From Nemertoderma westbladi (lineage: Eukaryota; Animalia; Xenacoelomorpha): a DNA stretch of 64,000 nucleotides. The position numbers were made by a program, and so were the translations under genes. Shown in pieces: positions 25,723 to 37,024 of this stretch. The notes beneath the pieces are model-generated. The model worked only from the letters and a program-made list of their open reading frames with translations, made no database searches and was not told the origin of the DNA. The stretch spans positions 824 to 64,823 of the forward strand of contig JAUCBJ010006803.1 in the NCBI GenBank assembly GCA_032718475.1, in the 5' to 3' direction. Each line of letters starts with the position of its first letter. Positions within the stretch are counted from its first letter, which is position 1.

Positions 25723-27377
25723 ATCTGCTATATATGAGTTTATCCATATTATAATGAGTTTATATTTAGGCGAGCGGGCGTCGCTGCCTACCCCAATCAA
25801 CCCCCGGACAGTACGAGATCCTCAGCGCCGATGTGTCGTCGCCACTGTACTTTCGCCAACGACGTAGCCGCACAATGACAACGACAACCGGCACAAGTCA
25901 CTCGACTGTCCGTCCCAAAGGCTTAGATACACCTCAGGTTCTTACTGGAGAGTTAGGGTTACTTTCACAATTGCGACTCGCTACTGTAAACACACCTTAG
26001 TAGTAACATTCGCCTATAAACTCACAAATACCACACACACAACTTGTCACAAATTACACACACTCGGGTCACTTGTCCGTTAGTCAATGCCTTCCAGAAT
26101 GTCACTGTATTATTATGTATCCTTGGATACTATCAGTGCACTATTTATTCCCTATGCTATTCAATGGGACAAGCTTTCTATTGTTCTCTTAACTCAATTC
26201 TAATTCTAGCGTGGTTGTTGCTATGGTGACATTATGTAAAGCTAGCGGTAGAATTAGGGTAATTCCAATGCATACAGATCTGGGATGTTATTTAATAGTA
26301 ATTCTTTAATAGTCAATGTCCTGTTTTATACATGACTTTATGAATTTTATCGGCTATTGACTATGTTTGGGAGACTTCGCACACTCATACTCATAATAAG
26401 ATAAATCTCCGCTCCCTTGATCTATTAATTAATGGAATTTTGGGAATGTTATAAATTGCGTAAAAATGGCAATTTATTAAATTCATTAAAAGGCATGAAT
26501 TTAAATTTATTCCCTGAAATTTTATTATTTGATAATTAAATTGACATATTTTGATTCTAGAACATGTCTGGGGACACAAGATCCTTAATTCTATGACAAT
26601 TGTCTTTTTAAGAATATCGGTAAATGCTACGATATCTTAATTGACTAGAATTGTTGAAGGATCTGAATTTTACAGATTTTGATTTATTAGATTTGCAAAT
26701 ATTAAATAATTAATATTTGAGATGGGCACCAATTTATTCCAGAACTTGTCTGGGGACGTTAACCACTGATTCTAAAATTTGTCTTTCAAGTATATCGGTG
26801 GGTGCCGCGATATCTTAATCGACTAGAATTACAGATGGTCAAAAGGTTTAACAGATTTATGTGCGTTTTACGCTACTGTTAGAGGGACATCACGCTACTA
26901 TATGTATTATTATATACGGTATGAGAGCAATATCGCACGAAGCAATGTCAGTGTGAAGAGGCAAGTCGTTTCCAAGGTCTACCCAGAGCTTGGTTTAGCC
27001 GAGACACGAGGATCTGAACTTTGCATTCCTAATACTCTGCCTACCAATAATACTTAAATATAGTAGTGGCTTTATTGTACTTTAATAAGTACGGACATTT
27101 CATCTTACTGTAGTCACGTATTTATAATATGATACGGACAGTAAGGAAAGAGGAAAAGAATTATTTCTTGCCGTCGCATTAAATATAATATATACGTAAT
27201 TAAGTAATAAACGCGAATATATATTGCACTAATCTACTAAATAATCGCTAAAATAACATTCTACTGAATAAAATTAAAGAAAACGATTATAATAAAATTA
27301 CATAGTAATACATACAGAAATATAAAAATAATAAAATAATATAAAATAAAAGAGTCACACACCCACTCCATATGTTG

Positions 27378-30300
27378 TTACGTTATGGAGTCCCTAGATG
27401 TTTGAAGGATTAGGGAGGTGGTCGTGGGAAGAGAATCTTGCCTTCCACAGTTTCCGGAGAGTCCTCCATTCCCTTCCGGTAAACACAAACGACCGACTGG
27501 GTGATTGAGTCGCTGCATCCCGAATACAATTCCAGGTTTCCTCTTCATCCTGGAATAGTGACGATAGAAGCATCGCTCTAAGTACACGACGGCCTTACAA
27601 AGCCGATTCCAGGAGCTATAGTGGTCCGTCGCTCCCTGCAGGAGAGGTGAGAGTCCCTGCGAGACGTCTGATGTTCCAGAGCTCCAATCGCTCTCTCTGA
27701 TCTTCATGAAGGATCCACTCGCGGTGGGGAGGTCCAGATCCACGGCGTCGTCCCTGGCAATATGTAATACCGACAGATCTATCCCGGGTTCAAATAACTC
27801 CGCTCCACCCGTCCGGGTTTTAGGTTTAACTTTCTCCGCTCCCTTGGCTGGTCTAATCTCAGTCGGAGTAAGATGGGGAGGCCATTCATCCTCCTTACTC
27901 AGGAAGTCGGGTTCACCTAACCGGTCTGTAGTATCTGTCAGTTCTTGAGGAGTTGCTCCTCTGGAAGCGATGTCAGTTGGATTAAACTTCTTGGGGCAAT
28001 ATCTCCATTGATCTACATTGGAGCTAATATCGTCATTATCTGAGGAGTATGGTGTTCCCTCAGTTGGGTCGTCTCCCTCACTAGTATCATCTTCCCATTC
28101 ACTCACCTGGCAGACGCGATCTTGAAGCAGTCTTTCTCTGAGCGTTCTACGGGAAGGTCCAGTAAGGTACCAACCTACTCTAGTTCTTACCGCATAGGTC
28201 TGAAGTGGTTGCGGTTGAGTAGGTCGTTTCTCTAATGTCTCCAGCGCCTCATGCGCGTTTTGACCGATTAATATTTGTACTCCAGGATAATCGGTGTCGA
28301 ATCTAGGGATGTTAAGTTGTTGCGCATGATCATCTTCGTCCCAATTATAAGGTTCCACTTGGGTGGTAGCGAAGTTCTTTATTGCCACCATTTTTACTGA
28401 CCTTATACTGTATTCTCCTAGTTTATCCTGTGGAGTGGACAACTCACCTATATAATAGTCGGCAGCTACAGTAGAATTCCAAACCTGCATGATCCCTGAC
28501 ATGTTTAGCTTGGTTCGGAACTTGGGTTGTCCAGCAAAGATGACTTCGGCTAGTTCTTTATCGATGAATGTTCCTGTGCTACCGGAGTCCAGGAGGGCGT
28601 TCACTATATAGCTCTTCTGAGGTCCGTGAACCCGTAACTGGACTACAGGAAATTCTCGGATTCCTATATTGGAAGTTGGCGCTTTCCAAGATGGTTGTTG
28701 ATCTGAAGTAGTTAGGGTGAGGTCGCTGTCTGTGTCTTTCTCATACATGAGTGCTCGATACACTGCGGTGGTGTTTATTAAGTAACAGGATTCGTTTTCG
28801 TCGGAGAACTCGTCCGTATAGAATCCTTCCATCTCAGATTGATCAGTGTCGTTCACATCACTGAATTGGACATGTAGTTCGGACTCACTTACCTGACTCG
28901 GGCTGTTTCGTTCGAATTCCGTGTGCAACAAGATATGATGTTTTGCGCCGCACTTCGCACACCTTGCGTCGGAGTAACAGGTTCGCCGTTGGTGTCCTCG
29001 TCTGAGGCAATTATAACACAACCGCTTATCCCACATGACTTCACGTCTATCCTTTAGTGATTTCCTCAGGAATTTATCACACGCATTTAAACGGTGGGGC
29101 CCGTCGCACAGCACACATTTCGGCTTGATGTTACTTACTTTAACCTGTGCTATGTGGTGCACACTTGTTCTTTCCTCGGGCTTTCTCACCTGAATTCTTT
29201 TAGGAGACGTAGGAAGGGTTTTTTGTACCGGTTCCCTTCTGTCATTGGGTCGAGACTCGGATTTACTTACCTGATCTTTAGGCATTTTATTGACATAATA
29301 AGATCTGTCAGTGTCTTTCCTGCTGTCCTCTCCTTGAGAAGTTTGGCTTTCACCGTCGTCGGTATAACATACTGGTGTTACCCTTCTCCTAGAAACGGGT
29401 TTCTCACTTACCTTGTTTTCCAATGTCTTCTCTCTGGACTGCCTTAGGAGCTGTAATTTCACTTCTCTATCTAAGAATGACATGAGATCAGTCATGGTAG
29501 GGTCTCGTCGTTGTTGTTCCATCATATATAACACCTTCTTGCCCCAGCGTGTACCTACTCCACCCTTGGGCAAAGTAGATGCTAAGGCTCCTACAACCAT
29601 AGAATTCTGGTATTCATGAGACTTACCTAACCAATCTAGTTGTCTACAGATCTCCTGAATCTCATCGGAAAACTCTATAATCCCGCTGCTAAGAAACTTT
29701 CGGGGCGCCATTAATTTCGCATATAAATACCTAGCTATGTTAGTCCTATTACCATACCTGATGTTTAGTGTATCCCAAACTTGTCTTAATCCATCTGGAT
29801 GTCCAATAAATTTTAACGCCATTGACTTGGGAGATCCTTCCAAGCACTCGATGAGGAATCTAAGTTTCTCTCCATTAGATAGCACAGAGTTCTGTATGTT
29901 ATCTTTGTAATATTCATTAAAAGGTAACCATTTCATCTCATCTCCATTGAACTTGACGATCTCTCCCACCTTTACCGCTTGCCGGGCTTCGGTTCTAGCC
30001 ATTTGACGCGTAAAACTTTCTTGAGCCATCGTATTATTGAATATAGAATTATCGGTATATAAATTTCTCGGATTATGATCAGGTCTATAAGGAATATTAT
30101 TATCAACAGGTTTATAATTACCCTGAATAGGGTTTACTATAGGAGTTTCTACTTCACTAGCAGTATGGATGCGTGTAGGCTCCACACCTTGCACATGAAA
30201 TACTTCAGACCTAACGGGTTGACACATTGTTACAGGGGGTGGTGTTATACCCCTTTGTATGTTCACTAATTTATCGCATTCTAACGCGATACTTTGCTGC

Positions 30301-32495
30301 ACCTTTTGCAACTCTAACCTACTTTCCCTTACTGTTCCCTTGAGCTGCTGAACAGTCTCTTCCATTTCCCGGACCTGCTGAGAGGAGCACAAACAGTGTT
30401 CCCTCAGCTGCTCGAGCAGGAGACCCATCTCCCGTCGTCCCTCAGCTACCCACTCAACCGCCGAAGCGGGAGTCGCCAACGTTGTAGCGGGCGAGCGAGA
30501 GACGACGGGCGATAAATTCTTGATACCTCGCTCGGCGTCCAGGACGGGTTCGGACTCGGGAACAATCCTACTGGGCACAGGTAGTTTAGTACTGTGCAAA
30601 GGGAATCTAGAGGTGGTTTCTGGGAGCACAGGTGTCTCTAGCACCGAAGGGGTGTCTTCGAGAACAGGCCTAATTATTTCAGGCTCATCTGTTATAGTAG
30701 GGAGTCTTTCTATTTTAATTATTTGGTCTGTGGGCTCTGTACTACCTAAGTTGGTGTTATTTAGTTGCCTTCTAACAGCTGGAGGCAAATCAGGCAATTT
30801 TTGATGGTGGAATGTTCTTTTACGTCTACTTAGACGAGATCTATTTCCCTTGCCTTCAGTATCGGTGGTATCGCCTTCCTCAGATGATGTGTATCCCTGT
30901 CTTTTGGGAGTAGATCGATTCATCATCTGCATATTACTAGCTGTTAACTGTTTATTTATGCAGTCTTGATTCTCCTGAATGTTTTCCAATTCTAATTGGG
31001 TGGTTTCTTCAGTCGCTCTCCGTTCAGCTTCTGCCACTGCCTCTGTGGCCTTTCTCTCAGCCTCGGCCGCCTTTGCTTCTGCCGCTGCCGCTGCCGCTGC
31101 CGCTGCCGCTGCCGCTGCCGCTTTTGCCTCTGCCGCTGCCGCTGCCGCTTTTGCCTCTGCTGCTGCCTCTGCCGCCTTTGCCTCTGCCGCTGCCTCTGCC
31201 GCCTTTGCCTCTACCGCTGCCGCTTTTGCTTCTGCCGCTGCCGCTGCCGCTTTTGCCTCTGCTGCTGCCTCTGCCGCTGCCGCTTTTCTTTCTGCTTCTG
31301 CAGCTACCACTGCTGCTTTCTTTCTGTCTTCTATACGTTTTTTCTTTACTTGCTCTTCTTGGACTCGTGTGATGCGGAGTTGTTCATCGAATTTAGCCTG
31401 ATTCGCAGCCCTCATTTCCACATCGATGGCATCCAACACAAGCTTGGTTCCTTCACTATTAGGGCTAAGTCCCTCTAACCTTCTCCTCAACTCGTCATCA
31501 CCTAAAAAACGTTGATAGTCCGACAGATAGATGTCAATGGCATCCCTCTTATGCGGTTTCTCTGCCGTCGCTTCACTTTCCACTTGGGAATAAGTAGCGT
31601 CTGTTGATTCTCCATGGGTTGAGTGCTCCTCCAGCTGAGCTTTCCACTGAGCTGTTCCTTGAACCTGGCGACTCACCCGTTGAAACCAAGTTTTTACGGC
31701 AACTTGCAACGACGTGTCTTGTCTTCGTTTAGAAGCCTCCTCAAAGGCCGATAATATTAACCTGATTCGTAGAATTCTTTCTCTTACTTGATAAAGCAGC
31801 TGTCCCTGCTCTTGAGGTCCTTGAGGTTGTTGTAACAGTTGTTTTTCTACTCGCTCCATAGAGCTGAAGAATCCCTGTGCGTATCCGGCTGCGGACCTCT
31901 TCCACACAGCTGGATCGATGGTTTCCTCGGCTACTCCCATCCGGTGTATGTCTTCCCAGGCAGCTTCGGATAAATCAAACGGGAGTCCGGGTCCGGGAAA
32001 GTTCCATTGCGACTCGACCATGGACTTCAGTTCTTCCCTTGTGTATCCAGCATAACTATCTCTAGTTGAACGCTGGCTTCTCGCCCAATCGATCTGGTGT
32101 TCTTCCACAGCGATCAATAACCTAGTGAGTACGGCTGCAGGAAGGATGAGAAGGGGATCTGAATAAGCCTCATCCGTCATCCTTGCTCCGCGTTCGGGTG
32201 TCAGCTCTGCAGTATCTTCACTACTGGAGCTGTTGAGCCGCTGAGAAATAAGTTCTTGGCTCGCGGGTTGTTGCTGTTCCGCTGCTTCTTGGTTCCGCTT
32301 GACCTGAGCTCGAGTGCCTATGACAGACCTACGATGTTGGACCAGCCTAGGTTCTTTTATTACTACTGGAGGGATGACCTTCCTCACAGTGGGAGGTGAA
32401 CTGAACTTACGACCAGACGGTTCTACGTCTCTATCTGAGTCGCAGATAGTTACATCTAATAAACTGTCTGACAGGTTCTGCTTAGTATCAGACAT
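27378..32495 (-). CDS. BEL/Pao Gag-aspartic protease polyprotein, 1705 aa, lacking RT and integrase
   Basis: KFNGD...W..F (DUF1759-like), three Cys/His knuckles, ALLDSGS, TRVGWYLTGP, then RNase H tail QWRYCP..FNPTDIASRG; no YxDD or integrase motifs. Confidence 0.9.
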   Translation of the reverse strand: MSDTKQNLSDSLLDVTICDSDRDVEPSGRKFSSPPTVRKVIPPVVIKEPRLVQHRRSVIGTRAQVKRNQEAAEQQQPASQELISQRLNSSSSEDTAELTPERGARMTDEAYSDPLLILPAAVLTRLLIAVEEHQIDWARSQRSTRDSYAGYTREELKSMVESQWNFPGPGLPFDLSEAAWEDIHRMGVAEETIDPAVWKRSAAGYAQGFFSSMERVEKQLLQQPQGPQEQGQLLYQVRERILRIRLILSAFEEASKRRQDTSLQVAVKTWFQRVSRQVQGTAQWKAQLEEHSTHGESTDATYSQVESEATAEKPHKRDAIDIYLSDYQRFLGDDELRRRLEGLSPNSEGTKLVLDAIDVEMRAANQAKFDEQLRITRVQEEQVKKKRIEDRKKAAVVAAEAERKAAAAEAAAEAKAAAAAAEAKAAAVEAKAAEAAAEAKAAEAAAEAKAAAAAAEAKAAAAAAAAAAAAAAEAKAAEAERKATEAVAEAERRATEETTQLELENIQENQDCINKQLTASNMQMMNRSTPKRQGYTSSEEGDTTDTEGKGNRSRLSRRKRTFHHQKLPDLPPAVRRQLNNTNLGSTEPTDQIIKIERLPTITDEPEIIRPVLEDTPSVLETPVLPETTSRFPLHSTKLPVPSRIVPESEPVLDAERGIKNLSPVVSRSPATTLATPASAVEWVAEGRREMGLLLEQLREHCLCSSQQVREMEETVQQLKGTVRESRLELQKVQQSIALECDKLVNIQRGITPPPVTMCQPVRSEVFHVQGVEPTRIHTASEVETPIVNPIQGNYKPVDNNIPYRPDHNPRNLYTDNSIFNNTMAQESFTRQMARTEARQAVKVGEIVKFNGDEMKWLPFNEYYKDNIQNSVLSNGEKLRFLIECLEGSPKSMALKFIGHPDGLRQVWDTLNIRYGNRTNIARYLYAKLMAPRKFLSSGIIEFSDEIQEICRQLDWLGKSHEYQNSMVVGALASTLPKGGVGTRWGKKVLYMMEQQRRDPTMTDLMSFLDREVKLQLLRQSREKTLENKVSEKPVSRRRVTPVCYTDDGESQTSQGEDSRKDTDRSYYVNKMPKDQVSKSESRPNDRREPVQKTLPTSPKRIQVRKPEERTSVHHIAQVKVSNIKPKCVLCDGPHRLNACDKFLRKSLKDRREVMWDKRLCYNCLRRGHQRRTCYSDARCAKCGAKHHILLHTEFERNSPSQVSESELHVQFSDVNDTDQSEMEGFYTDEFSDENESCYLINTTAVYRALMYEKDTDSDLTLTTSDQQPSWKAPTSNIGIREFPVVQLRVHGPQKSYIVNALLDSGSTGTFIDKELAEVIFAGQPKFRTKLNMSGIMQVWNSTVAADYYIGELSTPQDKLGEYSIRSVKMVAIKNFATTQVEPYNWDEDDHAQQLNIPRFDTDYPGVQILIGQNAHEALETLEKRPTQPQPLQTYAVRTRVGWYLTGPSRRTLRERLLQDRVCQVSEWEDDTSEGDDPTEGTPYSSDNDDISSNVDQWRYCPKKFNPTDIASRGATPQELTDTTDRLGEPDFLSKEDEWPPHLTPTEIRPAKGAEKVKPKTRTGGAELFEPGIDLSVLHIARDDAVDLDLPTASGSFMKIRESDWSSGTSDVSQGLSPLLQGATDHYSSWNRLCKAVVYLERCFYRHYSRMKRKPGIVFGMQRLNHPVGRLCLPEGNGGLSGNCGRQDSLPTTTSLILQTSRDSIT

Positions 32496-32629
32496 GTCTA
32501 CGTATACCGTTGAATGTCTACTGCTGTATTACAGTCTGAGCAAGTCTAGTAACTCAGTATTAACTGCTAGCCTAGTAATTAATTACCGATACTGCTACTC
32601 AGTGTAGTAGGATATATATATAATATATT

Positions 32630-33010
32630 AGAGCACCGGTATGCTTATAGTATATATAACTATATAAGTTTTATTACAGACTAGGTTTATCGCAGAATAC
32701 CGGTATAATTTTAGCACAAATATATATAAATATATAATAGGCCTATCGGGAATACCGGTATACAGCTTACAGTTTGTAGTATATATAATTCTGGACTAGA
32801 ATTAATTATAAAGTACCGGTATAATTTCAGCCTAAATTTATAGAAATAAAGATAATAGGCCTATCGTAAATACCGGTATGCAGTTTACACTTATAGTGTA
32901 TATATATAAGTATAATTACAAACTAAAATTAATTACAGAATACCGGTATGATTTCAACCTAAAATTTATAGAAATAAATATAATAAGCCTATTGTAAATA
33001 CCGGTATATC
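32630..33010. repeat. ~60/120-bp AT-rich repeats centred on TACCGGTA upstream of gag (also 36525-36900)
   Basis: Directly visible in both copies. Confidence 0.8.
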
Positions 33011-34944
33011 AATTATTTTAAATAATTGAATTTCTGAACTTTAGGGTTACTTGGTTACTTTACTTACTTTATTACCGCTATTTGAGCAGTAGTCCAACTG
33101 ATATTGAGACCTAATGGTTGTGTGGTAGGCCTACTATTTATAAATCGTTAGATTTGATTTATAATATATATATACCCGTTTTAATGGGTTTTGTCAATGT
33201 TTGAAATAAATGTTATTATTTCTGGGGAGTAATCACTACACAAAGCGGTGCGCTTTCAGTGAAGTGTTACTTATAGGACACTAAAACAAATAATTCTAAT
33301 TTACCTAAGTTACTTAATACTACAAATTACGTACAAATCGGGTGAGATTACAATCTCTAAATAAACACAAAAAATTTACAAAAAACACAAAATACGAATT
33401 TTCAGGGTAATTTTACAAGAAGTCTACAAACCAGCCTAACAAAGGGTTAGAAATCTGGTTATTACAACGGACAGGGTACTACGGTATTTGAAAATAATAA
33501 GTAGTAGTAAATACACTGCGTTGTCCAGATAGGAAAATACCACCGCCTGACGACCTACAGCCGTATCGCTATAGGTACTACGTTATGTATCACGGAGTGT
33601 TCCTACCTAGAAGTTAATAGAGCTAATCGAACGTGCCTATCAACCACTTTACAACACAAATATAATGCCTACACTAATTACTTTCGGAAAGTACTGTACA
33701 CTAAACCCTAAATTAGGTACAAGTACTTGTATAACAAATAATTAGTAGTTAAAAATACTTGAACAGCTAAAAGAACCACGGCATCTGCTGGAGTGACCGG
33801 TGCACAAAATCACCAGTCTTTACCTACGCCAAGCAGCCCGTGTAGTACCGGGGTTAATTTAACTATAACGGTATGTATAACAAACACAATTACTGTAGGA
33901 ATAAACTTGGGGAATGAATGTTGCGAATAATCGCATAAACTCTGAATAATAGATATTACGCTACGCGTACAAACTACTCAAACAAAATGCAGACCAAATA
34001 CTGACAGACTACCATCAAGCCTAAACAAACTACGGTATATGCAGACTCCGAAATGATTAAGTAGTATGCGTTCTAACCCAGTAGTACGACTTATTCTTTA
34101 GATGGGGGTTTACCTTACAGCGATGGCTGCCCCTACTTCCTAACCGTTCTTTATCGGACAGATGCTTTGCACACACCGAAATTTCCTCAAACCCAACAAC
34201 AGCCAGACAACTATCCAGCCTACAAATTATCTAAATAAAATTATACGCTACCTGTACCGACTACACAAACAAAGTACAGACTAAACGATGGCAGACTACT
34301 CTCAAGCCCAAATAAACTACAGGACATGCAGACTCCGAAATGATTAAGTAGTATGCGTTCTAACCCAGTAGTACGACTTATTCTTTAGATGGGGGTTTAC
34401 CTTACCGCTATGGCTGCCCCTACTTCCTAACCGTTCTTTATCGGACATACACTCTACATGCACTGTAATCCGTTCAGACCTAATCAACAGTTAGCCAACA
34501 GTCAAGCCTACAAATTATCTGTACAATCTGAGCAGGCTTACACGCCCTCTGCTCAATACTGGCCTACAAATAAATAAAACTTGACAGAAACAAGTAAACT
34601 ATACAAAAGAATGAGGGGTGATCAATCCCTATTCCCCTGGCAGCCTACAGTATACAATAGATCACATCGAATAATACTAATGTACTTATACGGGAAGTAC
34701 CGGTTAGGACAGTTAGGCCTACGGACCTACAGAAGTACCGGTTCTGGCAGTTGGACCTACGGGCCTACAGCAGTACCGGTTCTGGCAGTTGGGCCTACTG
34801 ACCTACAGATGTACCGTTCAGGTTTACCGGTTGACCGGTACTTTCAACTTTATTGCTTACTGCAATAAAGAAGCTATATCCGTTATTGTTCTTACCAGAA
34901 CAATATTAAACTGTATTTAATGCCTACACTGCAATACAGACTAA

Positions 34945-34955
34945 ATATCCGTTAT
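34945..34955 (-). promoter_or_regulatory. PBS-position 11-mer of copy A (ATAACGGATAT), putative self-priming site
   Basis: Abuts the LTR end; exact reverse complement of LTR-internal 11-mer at 35685-35695 (and 23854-23864). Confidence 0.7.
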
Positions 34956-36179
34956 TGTTCGCGCTTTCAGACCTTTGGCAGTTTAACCCGCCAAATTAGG
35001 ATGTCTTCTAGATAATAAATCGCTTTAGCCTCTAACAAGTATTTGATTCACTACACTAGTTGAAACCAATCTGTGCGCGATCATTCACCCGTTGGATATA
35101 CCCGGGAGATTGATTTCGACAGCTTAATCGTATTGCTATGTAAGCCTAATGTATTATTCGACTGACAGTATTATATAATCTCTGACAATATTATTCACCT
35201 TCGGGGAATATTAACAGTTCCTTTAGGACGTGGCGCTCTATCTATATAAACAGAGTTATGACTTAAACTACTCACAACGATATGGCTTAGTTACAATTCA
35301 CATATATGGCGCATTCTTTAGGAAATGCTTCGTTATCAGTCTCACTCATACACAATGCTGCACAATACTGCACACTAATCTGCCGATCTTCACTGATTTT
35401 AGTCACATATAAAAGGAACACGGACCGAATCATGTAGGGTCTATCAAATAACATTAGATTCACTTCAAACCACTTTAACATAAGTCACAATTGTTATATG
35501 TAACCCTTCTCTCTTACCTTCGGTATATCAAGAATATTGGGTTTCGGGGTTATTTATCGTTATTCCAAATATAATAATTCATCAACCATATTATGAAGAA
35601 CTGACAGTAAATAGCAGTATAACAATATAAAGTATGCACAGGTTGTTTGATTAGGTATGGTATGTTATGTTGTGATAAATGCAGATAACGGATATATGTC
35701 CTTATAATTAAGCCTACTAGTGTAGGGCTAAAGCCGTTCTTCCTGGCTTAGAATCACCAACAACACTAAAAACTGATAAGAATAACTATAAGAATACCAG
35801 CTACCCTTATTCTACAAAGATCTCACCCACCACAGAGAATGAGCATACAGATAGGAAATTCAGTTCAGTAGATCTGTGATAGGTCAAAATCAAAACCAAC
35901 TCAAATCCTATTGGCAGATACAGAAAGCAGGGCTATGGGGCAACGTGGCAATATCAGCCGTTAGCCGTCGTCATGGTAGCGACACTGTTTTCAAGAGTAT
36001 CGAGCTTTTACGTCACGAAATTGCAGATTATGTCCTCTAAAGTACAAATACAGAAGAAATGGCTTTTATGTCCTCCAAAACACCAGTACAGCAAGGACAC
36101 GGCCTTTTTATGCCTGGTAAACCAACCACAGAGTACTTTACGGGGATAATAACCGGCTAATTACGCAAAAGCTTTTACA
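34956..36179 (-). repeat. 5' LTR of copy A (1224 bp)
   Basis: Direct repeat of 23125-24312. Confidence 0.95.
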
Positions 36180-37024
36180 GTAATCTCAACCTGAATTGTA
36201 CGTAATTTGTAGTATTAAGTAACTTAGGTAAATTAGAATTATTTGTTTTAGTGTCTAACAAGTAGCACTCCACTGAGAGCGCACAGCTTATGTGTAGTGA
36301 CTCCCCCAGAAATAATAACATTTATTTCGAACATTGACAAAACCCATTAAACAGGTATATATATATTATAAATCAACTCAAACGATTTATAAATAGTAGG
36401 CCTGCCATACAACAATTAGGTCTCAATATCAGTTGGACTACTGCTTAAATAACGGTAATAAAGTAAGTTAAAGTAACCAAGTAACCCTTAAAATTCAGAA
36501 ATTCAATTATTCTAAAATAATTGATATACCGGTATTTACAATAGGCTTATTATCTTTATTTCTATAAATTTAGGCTGAAATTATACCGGTATTCTGTAAT
36601 TAATTCTAGTCTGTAATTATACTTATATATATACATTATAAGTGTAAGCTGTATACCGGTATTCACGATAGGCCTATTATATATAAATTTAGGCTGAAAT
36701 CATACCGGTATTCTGTAATTAATTCTAGTCTGTAATTCTACTTACATATATACATTATAAGTGTAAGCTGTATACCGGTATTCACGATAGGCCTATTATA
36801 TATATAAATTTAGGCTGAAATCATACCGGTATTCTGTAATTAATTCTAGTTACTAATAATACTTATATATACTATAAGCATACCGGTATTCTAATATTAT
36901 ATATATATCACGCTATACTGAGTAGCAGTATCGGTAATTAATTACTAGGCTAGCAGTTAATGCTGAATTACTAGACTTGCTTAGACTGTAATATAGCAGT
37001 AGCCATTCAACTGTGTAAACAAAC

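Larger units (their letters stand above)
23125..36179 (-). mobile_element. BEL/Pao-type non-autonomous LTR retrotransposon, copy A (inner, antisense in leader of B)
   Basis: TG...CA ends, TSD GTAAT (23120-23124 and 36180-36184), near-identical LTRs. Confidence 0.95.

Noticed and set aside
30979-31478. Poly-Ala, Cys-Arg and Leu-Pro ORFs (also 38042-38440)
   Set aside because: Antisense shadows of the Gag alanine repeat.
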